This document shows, piece after piece, positions 19,443 through 29,544 of a DNA stretch of 64,000 nucleotides. This DNA is from an uncultured virus (IMG/VR IMGVR_UViG_3300050343_000130) (taxonomy: Duplodnaviria > Heunggongvirae > Uroviricota > Caudoviricetes > Crassvirales): the IMG/VR virus record IMGVR_UViG_3300050343_000130, one strand, 5' to 3'. The number at the start of each line of letters is the position of its first letter. Positions within the stretch are counted from its first letter, which is position 1. The notes under the pieces were generated by a model, which did no database searches, was not told where the DNA came from, and saw only the letters and a program-made list of their open reading frames with translations. The position numbers and the translations under genes are program-made.

Positions 19443-20012
19443 ATGGGATATTCAGGATTTAAAGGAATTGGTCCAAACAAAATTGGAGCAAGAAAAGGTG
19501 GAGCTGTGTCACCTGCTAAAATGTACGGTGGTAAAAAAGGAGATGAATCTAAAAGTAAATTAGATTACGAATCACCTGCAAAGCAAACAGCTAAGCAAAA
19601 AGCAAACTTACCAAAGCAAATTGTAGATGCAATTGCTGCTAAGCAAGGGAAGTCACCAGCTAAAAAAATGAACAAAGGAATGAAGTATGATATTAAAGAG
19701 GCTTCAAACCAAAGTTTAAGTAAATCCGCAAGAAAACATTATGCGGAAAATGCTCAAGCTGCTAATAAAGGCGGATATGGCAATAAAGAAAAAGGTAGTC
19801 CAGCAAAACAAAAAAAAGTAAACAGGGCTGATGGCGTTCAAGTAAAAGAAGTGCCAAAAGTTGTAAAAGAAGAAGTTGGAAAAGCAAGTAAAAAAGTTGG
19901 CAACTTTATTAAAAAAGTTGGTAAAAAGGTAGGTGATATAACACTTACTAAAACTAAGAAAGAAAAAATAAAAAAAGCACAAGAAAAGCTTAAAAAACTA
20001 AAAAGAAAGTAG
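19443..20012 (+). CDS. Lys-rich protein with four SPAK motifs (putative virion core protein)
   Basis: VSPAK, ESPAK, KSPAK, GSPAK. Confidence 0.65.
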   Translation: MGYSGFKGIGPNKIGARKGGAVSPAKMYGGKKGDESKSKLDYESPAKQTAKQKANLPKQIVDAIAAKQGKSPAKKMNKGMKYDIKEASNQSLSKSARKHYAENAQAANKGGYGNKEKGSPAKQKKVNRADGVQVKEVPKVVKEEVGKASKKVGNFIKKVGKKVGDITLTKTKKEKIKKAQEKLKKLKRK

Positions 20013-20013
20013 T

Positions 20014-20367
20014 ATGGCATTTAAGTTGAAACCTCATGCAGAAGTATTCGGGATACACGAAAAAACATCTCAATTTGGTACTCCTGTTATTTTAAAAGAT
20101 GATTTGGAAAAAGGGGTTGAAGCTGAAGCCAATAGAGACGGTACTATTTTTGTTAGTTCTAAGTTATCTGATAAAAAGATAGAAAAAGCTGTTGCTCATG
20201 AAAAAGTGCATTTAGATCAGCTAGCTACAGGTCGATTACAATACACAGAAGATTCTGTAACTTGGAAAAGAGATACAAAATCCCCAATGAAAGTGTACAA
20301 GCGATCTGAAATGAACGAAGGTCACCCTGATTTTGAGTGGGAAGACGAGGCATATAAACAATCATAA
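20014..20367 (+). CDS. small zincin-like metallopeptidase
   Basis: AHEKVH (HExxH) with downstream WEDEAY third ligand; MAFKLK start; SPMK motif. Confidence 0.6.
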   Translation: MAFKLKPHAEVFGIHEKTSQFGTPVILKDDLEKGVEAEANRDGTIFVSSKLSDKKIEKAVAHEKVHLDQLATGRLQYTEDSVTWKRDTKSPMKVYKRSEMNEGHPDFEWEDEAYKQS

Positions 20368-20369
20368 TT

Positions 20370-20783
20370 ATGGCAATTACATATAGAGGACAAGCAAGTA
20401 GACTTAATAAAATTGAGTCAAAACAAAACGCAAGTGGTTTTCAAGAAAAATCTGATCCAGGCCCAAGACAAGGAGTTGGCGGTGAAGATGTATCTTTGAA
20501 ACAAGCTAAAGCATCTTTTCAAGAAAGACTTTCGTCACCAGGTAAAAAGAAAAACTTTTATGGTGGTGAAGCTTATTTTCAAGACGGGTACGGTGGCGAT
20601 TTAGCTAGTCCTGCTAAAATGAATCCAATAACACAAAAATCAAAATCATCGCCTTTTAAAATAAACGAGGCTTTAGTATCAGGTGCTGCATTAACAGGTA
20701 AAAAGTTTGTAGATGTAGGAGCTGAAGTAGGCAAAGCTTTTAAGGAACAAGAAGAACCTAAAGCGGCGGATCTAACAAAATAA
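20370..20783 (+). CDS. SPxK-motif protein
   Basis: SPGK, SPAK, SPFK; C-terminal segment resembles N-terminus of the 41294 gene. Confidence 0.65.
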   Translation: MAITYRGQASRLNKIESKQNASGFQEKSDPGPRQGVGGEDVSLKQAKASFQERLSSPGKKKNFYGGEAYFQDGYGGDLASPAKMNPITQKSKSSPFKINEALVSGAALTGKKFVDVGAEVGKAFKEQEEPKAADLTK

Positions 20784-20797
20784 CATAACTAACTAAA

Positions 20798-21778
20798 ATG
20801 GGAACAAAAGGGAAAAAGAACATACCGATTACTGCAAGAGTAGAATCAGGTTTATTTAATCAAAAGAAAGGTGTGAAAGAGCCTTTATTAAACGTGGGAC
20901 CAGCTGGTGTGCATGGTAATAATCAAACTAGAGATATACCATCACCAAGTAAACTAAGAGGTTACTCAATGAAAAAAAAAACTGAGTCACCACTAAAACA
21001 GCAGTTAGCAGAAAATAAACCTATACAAGCTGTAATTACAACACAGGGTGCTGGTCAAATGATTACTGAAAAAGGTAAAGAAAAAACTAGAAATAAGAGT
21101 TGGGACGATTTAAGAGCTGAAGGCTGGTCTGAAGATAAAATACAAGAGGCAAAAGATTGGAGGTCTAAGAACAAAGATGCCCCTAGTGATCAGGTGGGGA
21201 CAGGAGAATTTGAACCAGATACAAAGAAATTTGTACCTGGCAAAAAAGAAATTAAATTAGAAGATCTTGAAGCGGAAGGTAAAAGAGGAATTTCTCAAGG
21301 TTGGGAAGTAAATCAACAAGCAAGAAAACAAAGAAAACTAAGTGGCAATATTGAAAAAGGTCAAAAGAATATAGACAAGTATTCTGGAAGGCTTAGTGAA
21401 TTGGGAACACAGGGAAAAGATGGGACTTGGACCATGAATGAAGGTGGTAATTCTAAAAAGTTTAAGAAAAACTTAAGACGTCTTAATGAAGCAACCAGAA
21501 ATAGAAAAGCTTCTCAGGATCAGTTTGATACTTATTCTAAAGGTGTTTCAAGAGGTGCTAGCGGATATAGGGGTGATACATTTAATGTAACGGAAAAAGC
21601 AACTATTTCTGATGTAGGTAATATAGACCAACAAGTCGCTTTTTTAACCGGAGGTAACGAAGGAACTAACAGCAGTAATACAACAAACCCGTTAATTGAT
21701 GATGTAAAAGGACCGCCTAAAAAATACTCTAGATTTTTTAAGACTAAATCACCAATGAAGAAAAACTACTTTAAATAA
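20798..21778 (+). CDS. basic SPxK-motif protein
   Basis: SPSK, SPLK, SPMK motifs. Confidence 0.65.
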   Translation: MGTKGKKNIPITARVESGLFNQKKGVKEPLLNVGPAGVHGNNQTRDIPSPSKLRGYSMKKKTESPLKQQLAENKPIQAVITTQGAGQMITEKGKEKTRNKSWDDLRAEGWSEDKIQEAKDWRSKNKDAPSDQVGTGEFEPDTKKFVPGKKEIKLEDLEAEGKRGISQGWEVNQQARKQRKLSGNIEKGQKNIDKYSGRLSELGTQGKDGTWTMNEGGNSKKFKKNLRRLNEATRNRKASQDQFDTYSKGVSRGASGYRGDTFNVTEKATISDVGNIDQQVAFLTGGNEGTNSSNTTNPLIDDVKGPPKKYSRFFKTKSPMKKNYFK

Positions 21779-22137
21779 TGGCATTTAAAATGAAACCTTG
21801 TTCTCCAGCTTTAATGACGACTGAGAGATACGGAAGTCCTATTAAAAAGGCAAAGTCAAAATCATACGCACCTAAGCGTAATAAAAAATCTGGTAACTAC
21901 GCTGAAGTTAAAAAAGGTGGAGGTACTGGTAAAGATGCTGGAGGCGGAATGACAGCCAAAGGTGTTGCTAATTACAATAAAAAAACTGGTGGTAATTTAA
22001 AAACCGCAGTAACAACCCCTCCATCAAAATTAGATCCAGATAGTAAAGCAGCAAAAAGACGTAAATCATTTTGTGCGAGATCAAGAGGTTGGACTGGTGA
22101 AAGAGGTAAAGCAGCAAGACGTAAATGGAATTGCTAA
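21778..22137 (+). CDS. basic conserved phage protein (RRKSFCAR...WNC family)
   Basis: MAFKMK start, SPIK motif, RRKSFCARS...RRKWNC C-terminus. Confidence 0.65.
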   Translation: MAFKMKPCSPALMTTERYGSPIKKAKSKSYAPKRNKKSGNYAEVKKGGGTGKDAGGGMTAKGVANYNKKTGGNLKTAVTTPPSKLDPDSKAAKRRKSFCARSRGWTGERGKAARRKWNC

Positions 22138-22138
22138 A

Positions 22139-22294
22139 ATGAAATCAAAAGGATTAGGGGATACCATAGAAAAAATAACCAAAGCAACCGGAATTAAGAA
22201 GCTAGTAGATAAACTACCTGGCGATTGCGGATGCGCAAATAGAAAAGAAATGTTAAACAAAGCATTTCCTTATAAACAAAAACCAAACAATTAA
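22139..22294 (+). CDS. small conserved phage protein (GLGDT...DCGC..R)
   Basis: MKSKGLGDTIEKITKATGIKK...DCGCANRKE. Confidence 0.6.
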   Translation: MKSKGLGDTIEKITKATGIKKLVDKLPGDCGCANRKEMLNKAFPYKQKPNN

Positions 22295-22305
22295 ATTAAA
22301 TCATT

Positions 22306-22584
22306 ATGAGTAAATTAAAAACAGTAGACGTAGATCACAAAGAAGTAAAGTCAATTTCTGAAGAGCAATTAAAATCGTTGCAAGAAACAGTAAATAAGCA
22401 AAATCAAATACAAATGCAAATTGGTGGTATTGAAGGGCATAAGGCCGGTTTAGTATCTCAGTTGCAAGAAGTGGTTAGTGAATTGCAAAAACTACAAGCT
22501 GATTTAGAGAAAGAGCATGGACCAGTTAATATTGATTTAACTACAGGGGAAATTAGTGAACAAGATGTCCCAGCAAGTAATTAG
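22306..22584 (+). CDS. coiled-coil hypothetical protein
   Basis: Heptad Q/E/L pattern. Confidence 0.65.
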   Translation: MSKLKTVDVDHKEVKSISEEQLKSLQETVNKQNQIQMQIGGIEGHKAGLVSQLQEVVSELQKLQADLEKEHGPVNIDLTTGEISEQDVPASN

Positions 22585-22789
22585 AAAAATCAGTGTTGGA
22601 AAAGACTATAAGAATGACGCTATGCACTATGCTGTTGGACAGGAAGTGTATGGCGGTCATACTATAGCCCATATTGTAGAGGAAGAAGAAAAGTACTCTA
22701 TCTACATTACAAAGAAAGATATGTTGATGCCTTGGAAAGATTTCAATAAGAACATGTCTATATCCGTGGAATATGATCTTTCATGGTAA
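22565..22789 (+). CDS. hypothetical protein
   Basis: ORF 22556-22789, likely start MSQQ. Confidence 0.65.
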   Translation: MSQQVIRKISVGKDYKNDAMHYAVGQEVYGGHTIAHIVEEEEKYSIYITKKDMLMPWKDFNKNMSISVEYDLSW

Positions 22790-23383
22790 ATGCACAGTGT
22801 ATTTAATTATTTAGTTGAACCGAAGGGTAGTAGGTCAACTGGAAAAAAAAATATAGAAGGACAAGAACTATTATTAAATACAGACTTACAAAATCACGAA
22901 TACGTAAATAGAATAGGTACCGTGTTAAGTTTACCACTAGTAACAGTATATAAAGAATTAAAAGAAGGTGATGATGTTATTGTACATCATAATGTGTTCA
23001 GAAGATTCAGAGATGTTAGGGGTAAAGAGAAAGATAGTAAGAACTACTTAAGTGAAAATGTATATTTAGTTCAACCAGATCAAGTATATGCTTATAAAAG
23101 AAATGACGAATGGAAAGCCTTAGAAGGTTTTGTATTTGTTATGCCTATAAAAGAAACAAAAATGTTTTCGGTAAATGATGAAAAACCATTAATAGGTATT
23201 GTAAAATACTCAAATGGTGAATTTGAAAAAGAGCAATTGATAGGGTTTAGACCAAATTCAGAATATGAATTTATAATAGAAGGGCAGAGGTTATACCGAG
23301 TACCCGTCAATTCAATTACAATCAAATATGAACATCAAGGAAACGAAGAAGAATATAATCCAGGCTGGGCACAGGGCAGTTGA
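22790..23383 (+). CDS. GroES-like protein (extended, possibly tandem fold)
   Basis: YLVEP...GTVLSLP...LKEGDDVIVHH pattern, second half FVFVMP...GIVKY. Confidence 0.55.
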   Translation: MHSVFNYLVEPKGSRSTGKKNIEGQELLLNTDLQNHEYVNRIGTVLSLPLVTVYKELKEGDDVIVHHNVFRRFRDVRGKEKDSKNYLSENVYLVQPDQVYAYKRNDEWKALEGFVFVMPIKETKMFSVNDEKPLIGIVKYSNGEFEKEQLIGFRPNSEYEFIIEGQRLYRVPVNSITIKYEHQGNEEEYNPGWAQGS

Positions 23384-23603
23384 GGAACTTATAAAAGTAG
23401 CTAAAGAAGATATTGTTGATTCAGACGATGATATATCAGCTGACAGATTAAAAAATGCCGCAGCCACTAAAAAGCTTGCAATTTTCGACGCTTTTGAGAT
23501 ACTTAACCGCATCGAGGAAGAAGAAAGAATTCTTGATAACAAACCAAAAAAAGAAGTTAAATCAACTTCGTTTGGTGGTTTTGCTGAAAATAGATCTAAA
23601 TAA
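23328..23603 (+). CDS. putative terminase small subunit
   Basis: Helical 91-aa ORF immediately upstream of terL. Confidence 0.45.
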   Translation: MNIKETKKNIIQAGHRAVEELIKVAKEDIVDSDDDISADRLKNAAATKKLAIFDAFEILNRIEEEERILDNKPKKEVKSTSFGGFAENRSK

Positions 23604-25819
23604 TGTACGAGCAATCTCTATATAAAGTTATAGAACCTATAAAGCGTACTACAATATCTAGGCTTAATAAAGGTAAAAAATGGGATTACGGATATAACAA
23701 GGAACATGATGTAGTTGTTATCAGTAAAACTGGACAAATAGGAAAAATATATGAGATACAAAATCTCAAAATAGCATTACCTAAATCACCAGGTAAGCTA
23801 GATAAAACTACAGATAAATGGACGCCAGCTGAGTATCCTCCTCAATTAAAAAGTATTAAAACTATTTTTGATTGGAGAGATTATCCAGAAGGTTTTAAAA
23901 AAACTTGGGGGGAATATATAGATGAAAACTTTAATAAACGGGAAAACGGTCATTGGTTCAATAATAAGGGTGTGGATACTTACATTACTGGTACTCACTT
24001 TATGTACTTGCAGTGGTCCAAAATTGATGTTGGGAAACCAGACTTTAGGGAAGCAAATAGATTATTCTTCATTTTCTGGGAAGCTTGCAGAGCCGATTCT
24101 AGATCCTATGGGATGTGCTACCTTAAGAACCGTCGATCTGGATTTTCTTTCATGTCATCAGCTGAAATTGTTAATCTTGCAACAATATCCTCGGATTCAC
24201 GGTTCGGTGTATTGTCCAAATCTGGACAGGATGCTAAGAAGATGTTCACTGACAAGGTGGTACCAATCTCTGTTAATTATCCGTTCTTCTTCAAACCAAT
24301 ACAAGACGGAATGGACCGCCCGAAGACCGAACTCGCGTATAGGGTCCCGGCCTCGAAATTTACCAGGAAGACTCGATTCGAAGGATAGATCCGGAAGAGA
24401 AACGCTTGAAGGATTGGATACGACCATCGATTGGAAGAACACCGGCGACAACGCCTATGATGGGGAGAAACTTAAACTCCTCGTCCACGATGAATCAGGG
24501 AAAGTGGGAAAGGCCGAACAACATCCTCAACAACTGGCGTGTTACGAAAACCACCCTTAGATTAGGTAGTAGAGTAATAGGTAAGTGTATGATGGGATCA
24601 ACATCAAACGCTTTAGACAAAGGAGGGAGAAAATTTTAAGAAATTATATAATAGTTCAGATGTTACAAAAAGAAACGCCAATGGACAGACTCGCTCGGGA
24701 TTATATAGTTTGTTCATACCTATGGAATGGAACTACGAGGGATTCATTGATTCTTATGGGTTACCTGTATTCGACACACCAAAAGAACAAGTTGTCGGGC
24801 CTCATGGGGATGAGATCGACCAAGGAGTAATAGAGCATTGGAATAACGAAGTTGAAGGTTTAAAAGGCGATCAAGATGCTTTAAATGAATTTTACAGACA
24901 ATTTCCAAGAACAGAAGAGCACGCTTTTAGAGACGAAACAAAAAACAGTATATTTAATTTAGCAAAAATATACGAACAAATAGATTACAACGAAGACTTA
25001 GGTAACAGTAATGTTTTAACAAGGGGTAGTTTTCAATGGGAAAATGGTATAAAGGATTCAAAAGTAATTTTTTCACCAAATCCAAATGGAAGATTTCTAA
25101 TAAGCTGGATACCTAATTATGATATACAGAATAGACAGATATCAAAAAACGGTATTAAATGGCCCGGTAATGAACATATGGGCGCTTTTGGCTGTGATAG
25201 TTATGATATATCAGGGACAACAGACGGTAGGGGATCTAAAGGGGCTTTACATGGATTAACTAAGTTTAGTATGGAAGATGCACCACCTAGCACATTCTTT
25301 TTAGAATATGTAGCAAGACCACAAACAGCTGAAATGTTTTTTGAAGATGTATTAATGGCTTGTGTATTTTATGGTATGCCACTTCTTTGTGAAAATAACA
25401 AACCAAGACTTTTATATTATTTTAAAAGAAGAGGTTACAGAGGTTACTCTATGAATCGTCCTGATAAACTATGGAACAAATTATCAGTAACCGAAAGAGA
25501 AATAGGTGGAATACCTAATTCAAGTGAAGATATTAAACAAGCCCACGCTGCTGCTATTGAAATGTATATAGATAAGCACGTAGGTTTAAACGACCAAAAC
25601 GAATATGGAACAATGTATTTTAATGAAACATTACAAGACTGGGCCAAATTCGATATAAATAACAGAACAAAATTTGATGCCGCTATTAGCTCAGGGCTTG
25701 CTATTATGGCTTGTCATAAAGATTTATATAGACCAAATATCAAAATGGAAAGAGCACCAATTAATTTAAGATTTGCTAAGTATCAAATCGAAGGATCAAC
25801 ATCAAAAATAATAAAATAG
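23603..25819 (+). CDS. terL: terminase large subunit (three apparent +1 frameshifts at ~24370, ~24500, ~24630)
   Basis: KNRRSGFS Walker A, LLVHDESGK Walker B, GST motif, GCDSYD and KFDAAIS nuclease motifs across four consecutive ORF pieces. Confidence 0.85.
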
Positions 25820-25823
25820 TAAT

Positions 25824-28255
25824 ATGGCAGGAGTAGTAAATAGTTTTTTCCCAAGTCAAGTCGCAAGTGACTCTGAGAAGATGTCACGAGACTACGGGCT
25901 CCAAGTTGGAAGAGCAATTCAGAATGAGTGGTTCTCGAACAACTCTGGTGTAACTAGATTCAGAAGTAATCAAAATACATTCCATAGCTTAAGGCTATAT
26001 GCAAGAGGTGAACAGCCTATACAAAAATATAAAGATGAAATGTCTATCAACGGCGATTTATCTTATCTTAATTTAGATTGGAAGCCAGTACCTATATTAT
26101 CAAAGTTTGTAGATATAGTTGTTAATGGCATAGCTGATAGATCTTTTGACCTTACAGCTTATTCTCAAGATCCATACGGGGTTAGCAAAAGAACCAAGTA
26201 TATGGAATCTATTATAAGAGATTTACAAACTGAAGAATTAAATGTATTTGCACAAGAAAATTTTGGTATAAATTTATTTGAAAACAATCCAGATAAATTG
26301 CCAGACTCTGAAGAAGAGTTAGATTTACACATGCAGCTAAGCTATAAGCAAGGGATTGAAATAGCAGAAGAAGAAGCTTTGAGTGTTATGTTTGACGAAA
26401 ACAGATATGACTTAACAAAGAAAAGATATTATTATGATATAACAACTCTAGGTATTGGTGCTGTTAAAAATAATTTTACAGAAGCAGAGGGTGTAACTGT
26501 AGAATATGTTGATCCAGCTTATTTAATTTATTCTTACACAGAGGACCCGTATTTTCAAGATATATATTATGCAGGCGAGGTTAAATTCGTGCCCTTAAAC
26601 GAGCTTAAAAAGCAGTTTCCGAACCTATCTGAGGAACAAATGGATCAGATACAATCACAAGGATCGCAAAATTATGGTGTTTGGAATAATAATATAAGTA
26701 ATACAAACAATAATAATAGAGATCAAAATATAGTTCAGATACTTTACTTTAATTATAAAACTTACATGAACGAAGTTTATAAAGTGAAAGAAACTGCAAC
26801 AGGCGCTTCAAAAATAATAGCAAGGGATGACCAGTTCAATCCACCTATTGAAATGTACGAAGAGCAATTTGGTAAAATGTCTAGATCACTTGAAGTATTA
26901 TACGAAGGTGTAATGGTATTGGGAACTGATATATTGCTTAAATGGGAAATGGCTAAAAACATGATGCGACCAAAAAGCGATAGCAGCTAAGGTTAAAATG
27001 AATTACGCTATAACAGCCCCTAGAATGTATCAAGGCAGAATAGAATCAATAGTAAGTCGTTGTACTGCTTTTGCTGATATGATACAATTAACACATTTAA
27101 AACTACAACAAGTATTACAAAGAATGATACCAGACGGTGTTTACTTAGATGCTGACGGTATAAATGAAGTTGATTTAGGTAATGGTACAAATTATAATCC
27201 TCAGGAAGCACTTAATATGTTTTTTCAAACAGGATCTATAATAGGTAGGTCGTTTACACAAGAGGGTGATATGAACCCTGGTAAAGTGCCAATACAAGAA
27301 GTACAGACTGGAAGCGGAGGTCAAAAGCTACAAACACTTATATCTACGTACAACTATTATCTTCAAATGATAAGAGATGTAACTGGATTGAATGAAGCAA
27401 GAGATGGTAGCACGCCAGATTCAAGAGCTTTAGTAGGTGTACAAAAATTAGCAGCAGCTAATTCTAACACAGCGACAAGACATATACTTGATGCAGGTTT
27501 ATATTTAACAAGAGAAACAGCGGAGTGTTTATCTTTAAGAATATCTGATATACTTGAATACCACCCAGCAAAAGAATCTTTTATTCAAAAAATTGGAGGA
27601 TTTAATGTAGCTACTTTAGATGAATTAAGGGATTTACATTTGCATGATTTCGGTATATTTTTAGAGTTAACTCCCTGATGATGAAGAAAAACAACTTTTA
27701 GAAAACAATGTTCAACAAGCATTATCAGCTGGATTAATTGATTTATCCGATGCAATAGATATAAGAGAGGTTAAGAATATAAAGTTAGCTAATCAATTAT
27801 TGAAAGTTAGACAAAAGAAACGTCAAGAAAGATTACAACAAGAACAGCAAGCAAATATACAAGCTCAAGCTCAAGCAAATGCACAAGCACAACAAGTAGC
27901 GGCACAAGCTGAAATACAAAAAGACCAAGCTTTATTTCAAACAAAGTCTCAATTAGAACAATTAAAAGGTCAAATTGAACAGCAAAGAATAGGCGTTGAA
28001 GTTGGTGCTAAAAAAGAATTGATGGCTTTAGAATTCCAATACAACATGCAACTAAAAGGTATGGAAGTTCAGAATGCTAAAGACAAAGAAAAAGAAATAG
28101 AAGATCGAAAAGATCAGCGTACAAGAATACAAGGTACACAGCAAAGTGAAATGATTGCGCAAAGAAAAAACGATACACCACCGACTAACTTCGAATCTGG
28201 AGGAAATGACACAATGGGAGGTGGATTTGGCTTAGGTGCTTTTGATCCTAGGTAA
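25824..28255 (+). CDS. portal protein (two apparent +1 frameshifts at ~26985, ~27673)
   Basis: Follows terL; PILSKFVDIVVNG, IRDVTGLNEARDG, Q-rich C-terminal coil. Confidence 0.8.
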
Positions 28256-28287
28256 TAATAATAGTAACAATTATATAATATTTTATC

Positions 28288-29538
28288 ATGTCAGAAATTA
28301 AAACAGAAGGTAGCTTTAAGATTAAAGCCCCTGAAAAAAAAGAACCAGTAGCTGAACAAGTTAAAGAAGCTCCTGAAGAAGTTAAAGCTGAACCTCAGCC
28401 AAAAGTTGATTCCCCGGTTTCAATAGACGAAGAAAGTGGTGGTATTAAATTAGACTTAACTCAACTTAATAAACCACAAGAAGATGCCAATACAGAGCAA
28501 GAAACAACAGACGTGGCTTCAGATCAACAAGCCGAACCTGTACAAGAAGTGGAAAAAGAAATACCACAACAACCAGAGCCCGTTCAAGCTGAAGAATCCG
28601 TTCTCGAAGAAATAACAGACGAAGAGGTTGAAGAAAAAACAGAAGAGCTAAAAGAAGAAATAGAACAAGCTGTTCAGCAATCACAAGACACCGCTGAACC
28701 TTTACCTGAAAACATACAAAAAGTTGTAGAGTTTATGAATGAAACCGGTGGAAGTCTGGAGGATTACGTAAAGCTTAATCAGGACTATAGCTCTTTAAAT
28801 GAGAATCAATTACTAAGAGAGTATTATGAAAACACAAGACCTCACTTAGATAAAGAAGATATTGATTTTCTTATGGAAGATAAATTTTCTTATGACGAAG
28901 AGGTAGATGATGAAAGAGAAGTAAGGCGTAAGAAGATATCACAAAGAGAAGAATTAGCTAAAGCTAAAAATCATTTAGACGGTTTAAAGTCTAAGTATTA
29001 TAAAGAAATAAAATCAGGTTCTAAATTAGCGCCTGAGCAACAAAAAGCGGTGGATTTTTTCAATCGCTATACAAAAGAAAACGAAGAGGCAACTCGAGTA
29101 GCTGAGAAGCAAACAGAAGTGTTTTTAAATAAAACGAGTAATGTTTTTGGTGATGATTTCAAAGGTTTTGATTATCAAGTCGGAGACAAAAAATACCGTT
29201 TTAAAGTTAAAGACGCTAGTTCCGTTAAAGAAAACCAAAGCGATATTAACAATTTTGTCAAGAAGTTCTTGAATGAAAAAAACGAAATGTCAGATGCCAA
29301 AGGTTATCACAAAGGATTATTCACAGCTATGAATGCAGACTCAATTGCAAATCACTTTTATGAGCAGGGCAAAGCCGACGCTATGAAAGACAGTATGGCA
29401 AAAAGTAAAAACGTACAGATGGGAGCGAGAGGCGTTCATCAAGAAGTTAAAACTGCCAACGGATTTACAGTTAGATCAGTCGATTCAGGAAGCGCCGATT
29501 CAAAATTACGAATTAAAACTTTTAAACATTTAAAATAA
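28288..29538 (+). CDS. capsid scaffolding protein
   Basis: Acidic, coiled, lies between portal and major capsid protein. Confidence 0.65.
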   Translation: MSEIKTEGSFKIKAPEKKEPVAEQVKEAPEEVKAEPQPKVDSPVSIDEESGGIKLDLTQLNKPQEDANTEQETTDVASDQQAEPVQEVEKEIPQQPEPVQAEESVLEEITDEEVEEKTEELKEEIEQAVQQSQDTAEPLPENIQKVVEFMNETGGSLEDYVKLNQDYSSLNENQLLREYYENTRPHLDKEDIDFLMEDKFSYDEEVDDEREVRRKKISQREELAKAKNHLDGLKSKYYKEIKSGSKLAPEQQKAVDFFNRYTKENEEATRVAEKQTEVFLNKTSNVFGDDFKGFDYQVGDKKYRFKVKDASSVKENQSDINNFVKKFLNEKNEMSDAKGYHKGLFTAMNADSIANHFYEQGKADAMKDSMAKSKNVQMGARGVHQEVKTANGFTVRSVDSGSADSKLRIKTFKHLK

Positions 29539-29544
29539 TTTATT

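Noticed and set aside
23603..28255. Programmed frameshifting or pseudogenisation of terL (3 breaks) and portal (2 breaks)
   Set aside because: Essential genes; breaks are single-base offsets mostly in short homopolymers (GGGAAA, AAAATTTT, CCC) with no shared slippery motif. The same pattern at ~2330, ~11500, ~33670, ~33820 and ~51080 points to sequencing indel errors. Raw reads would settle it.
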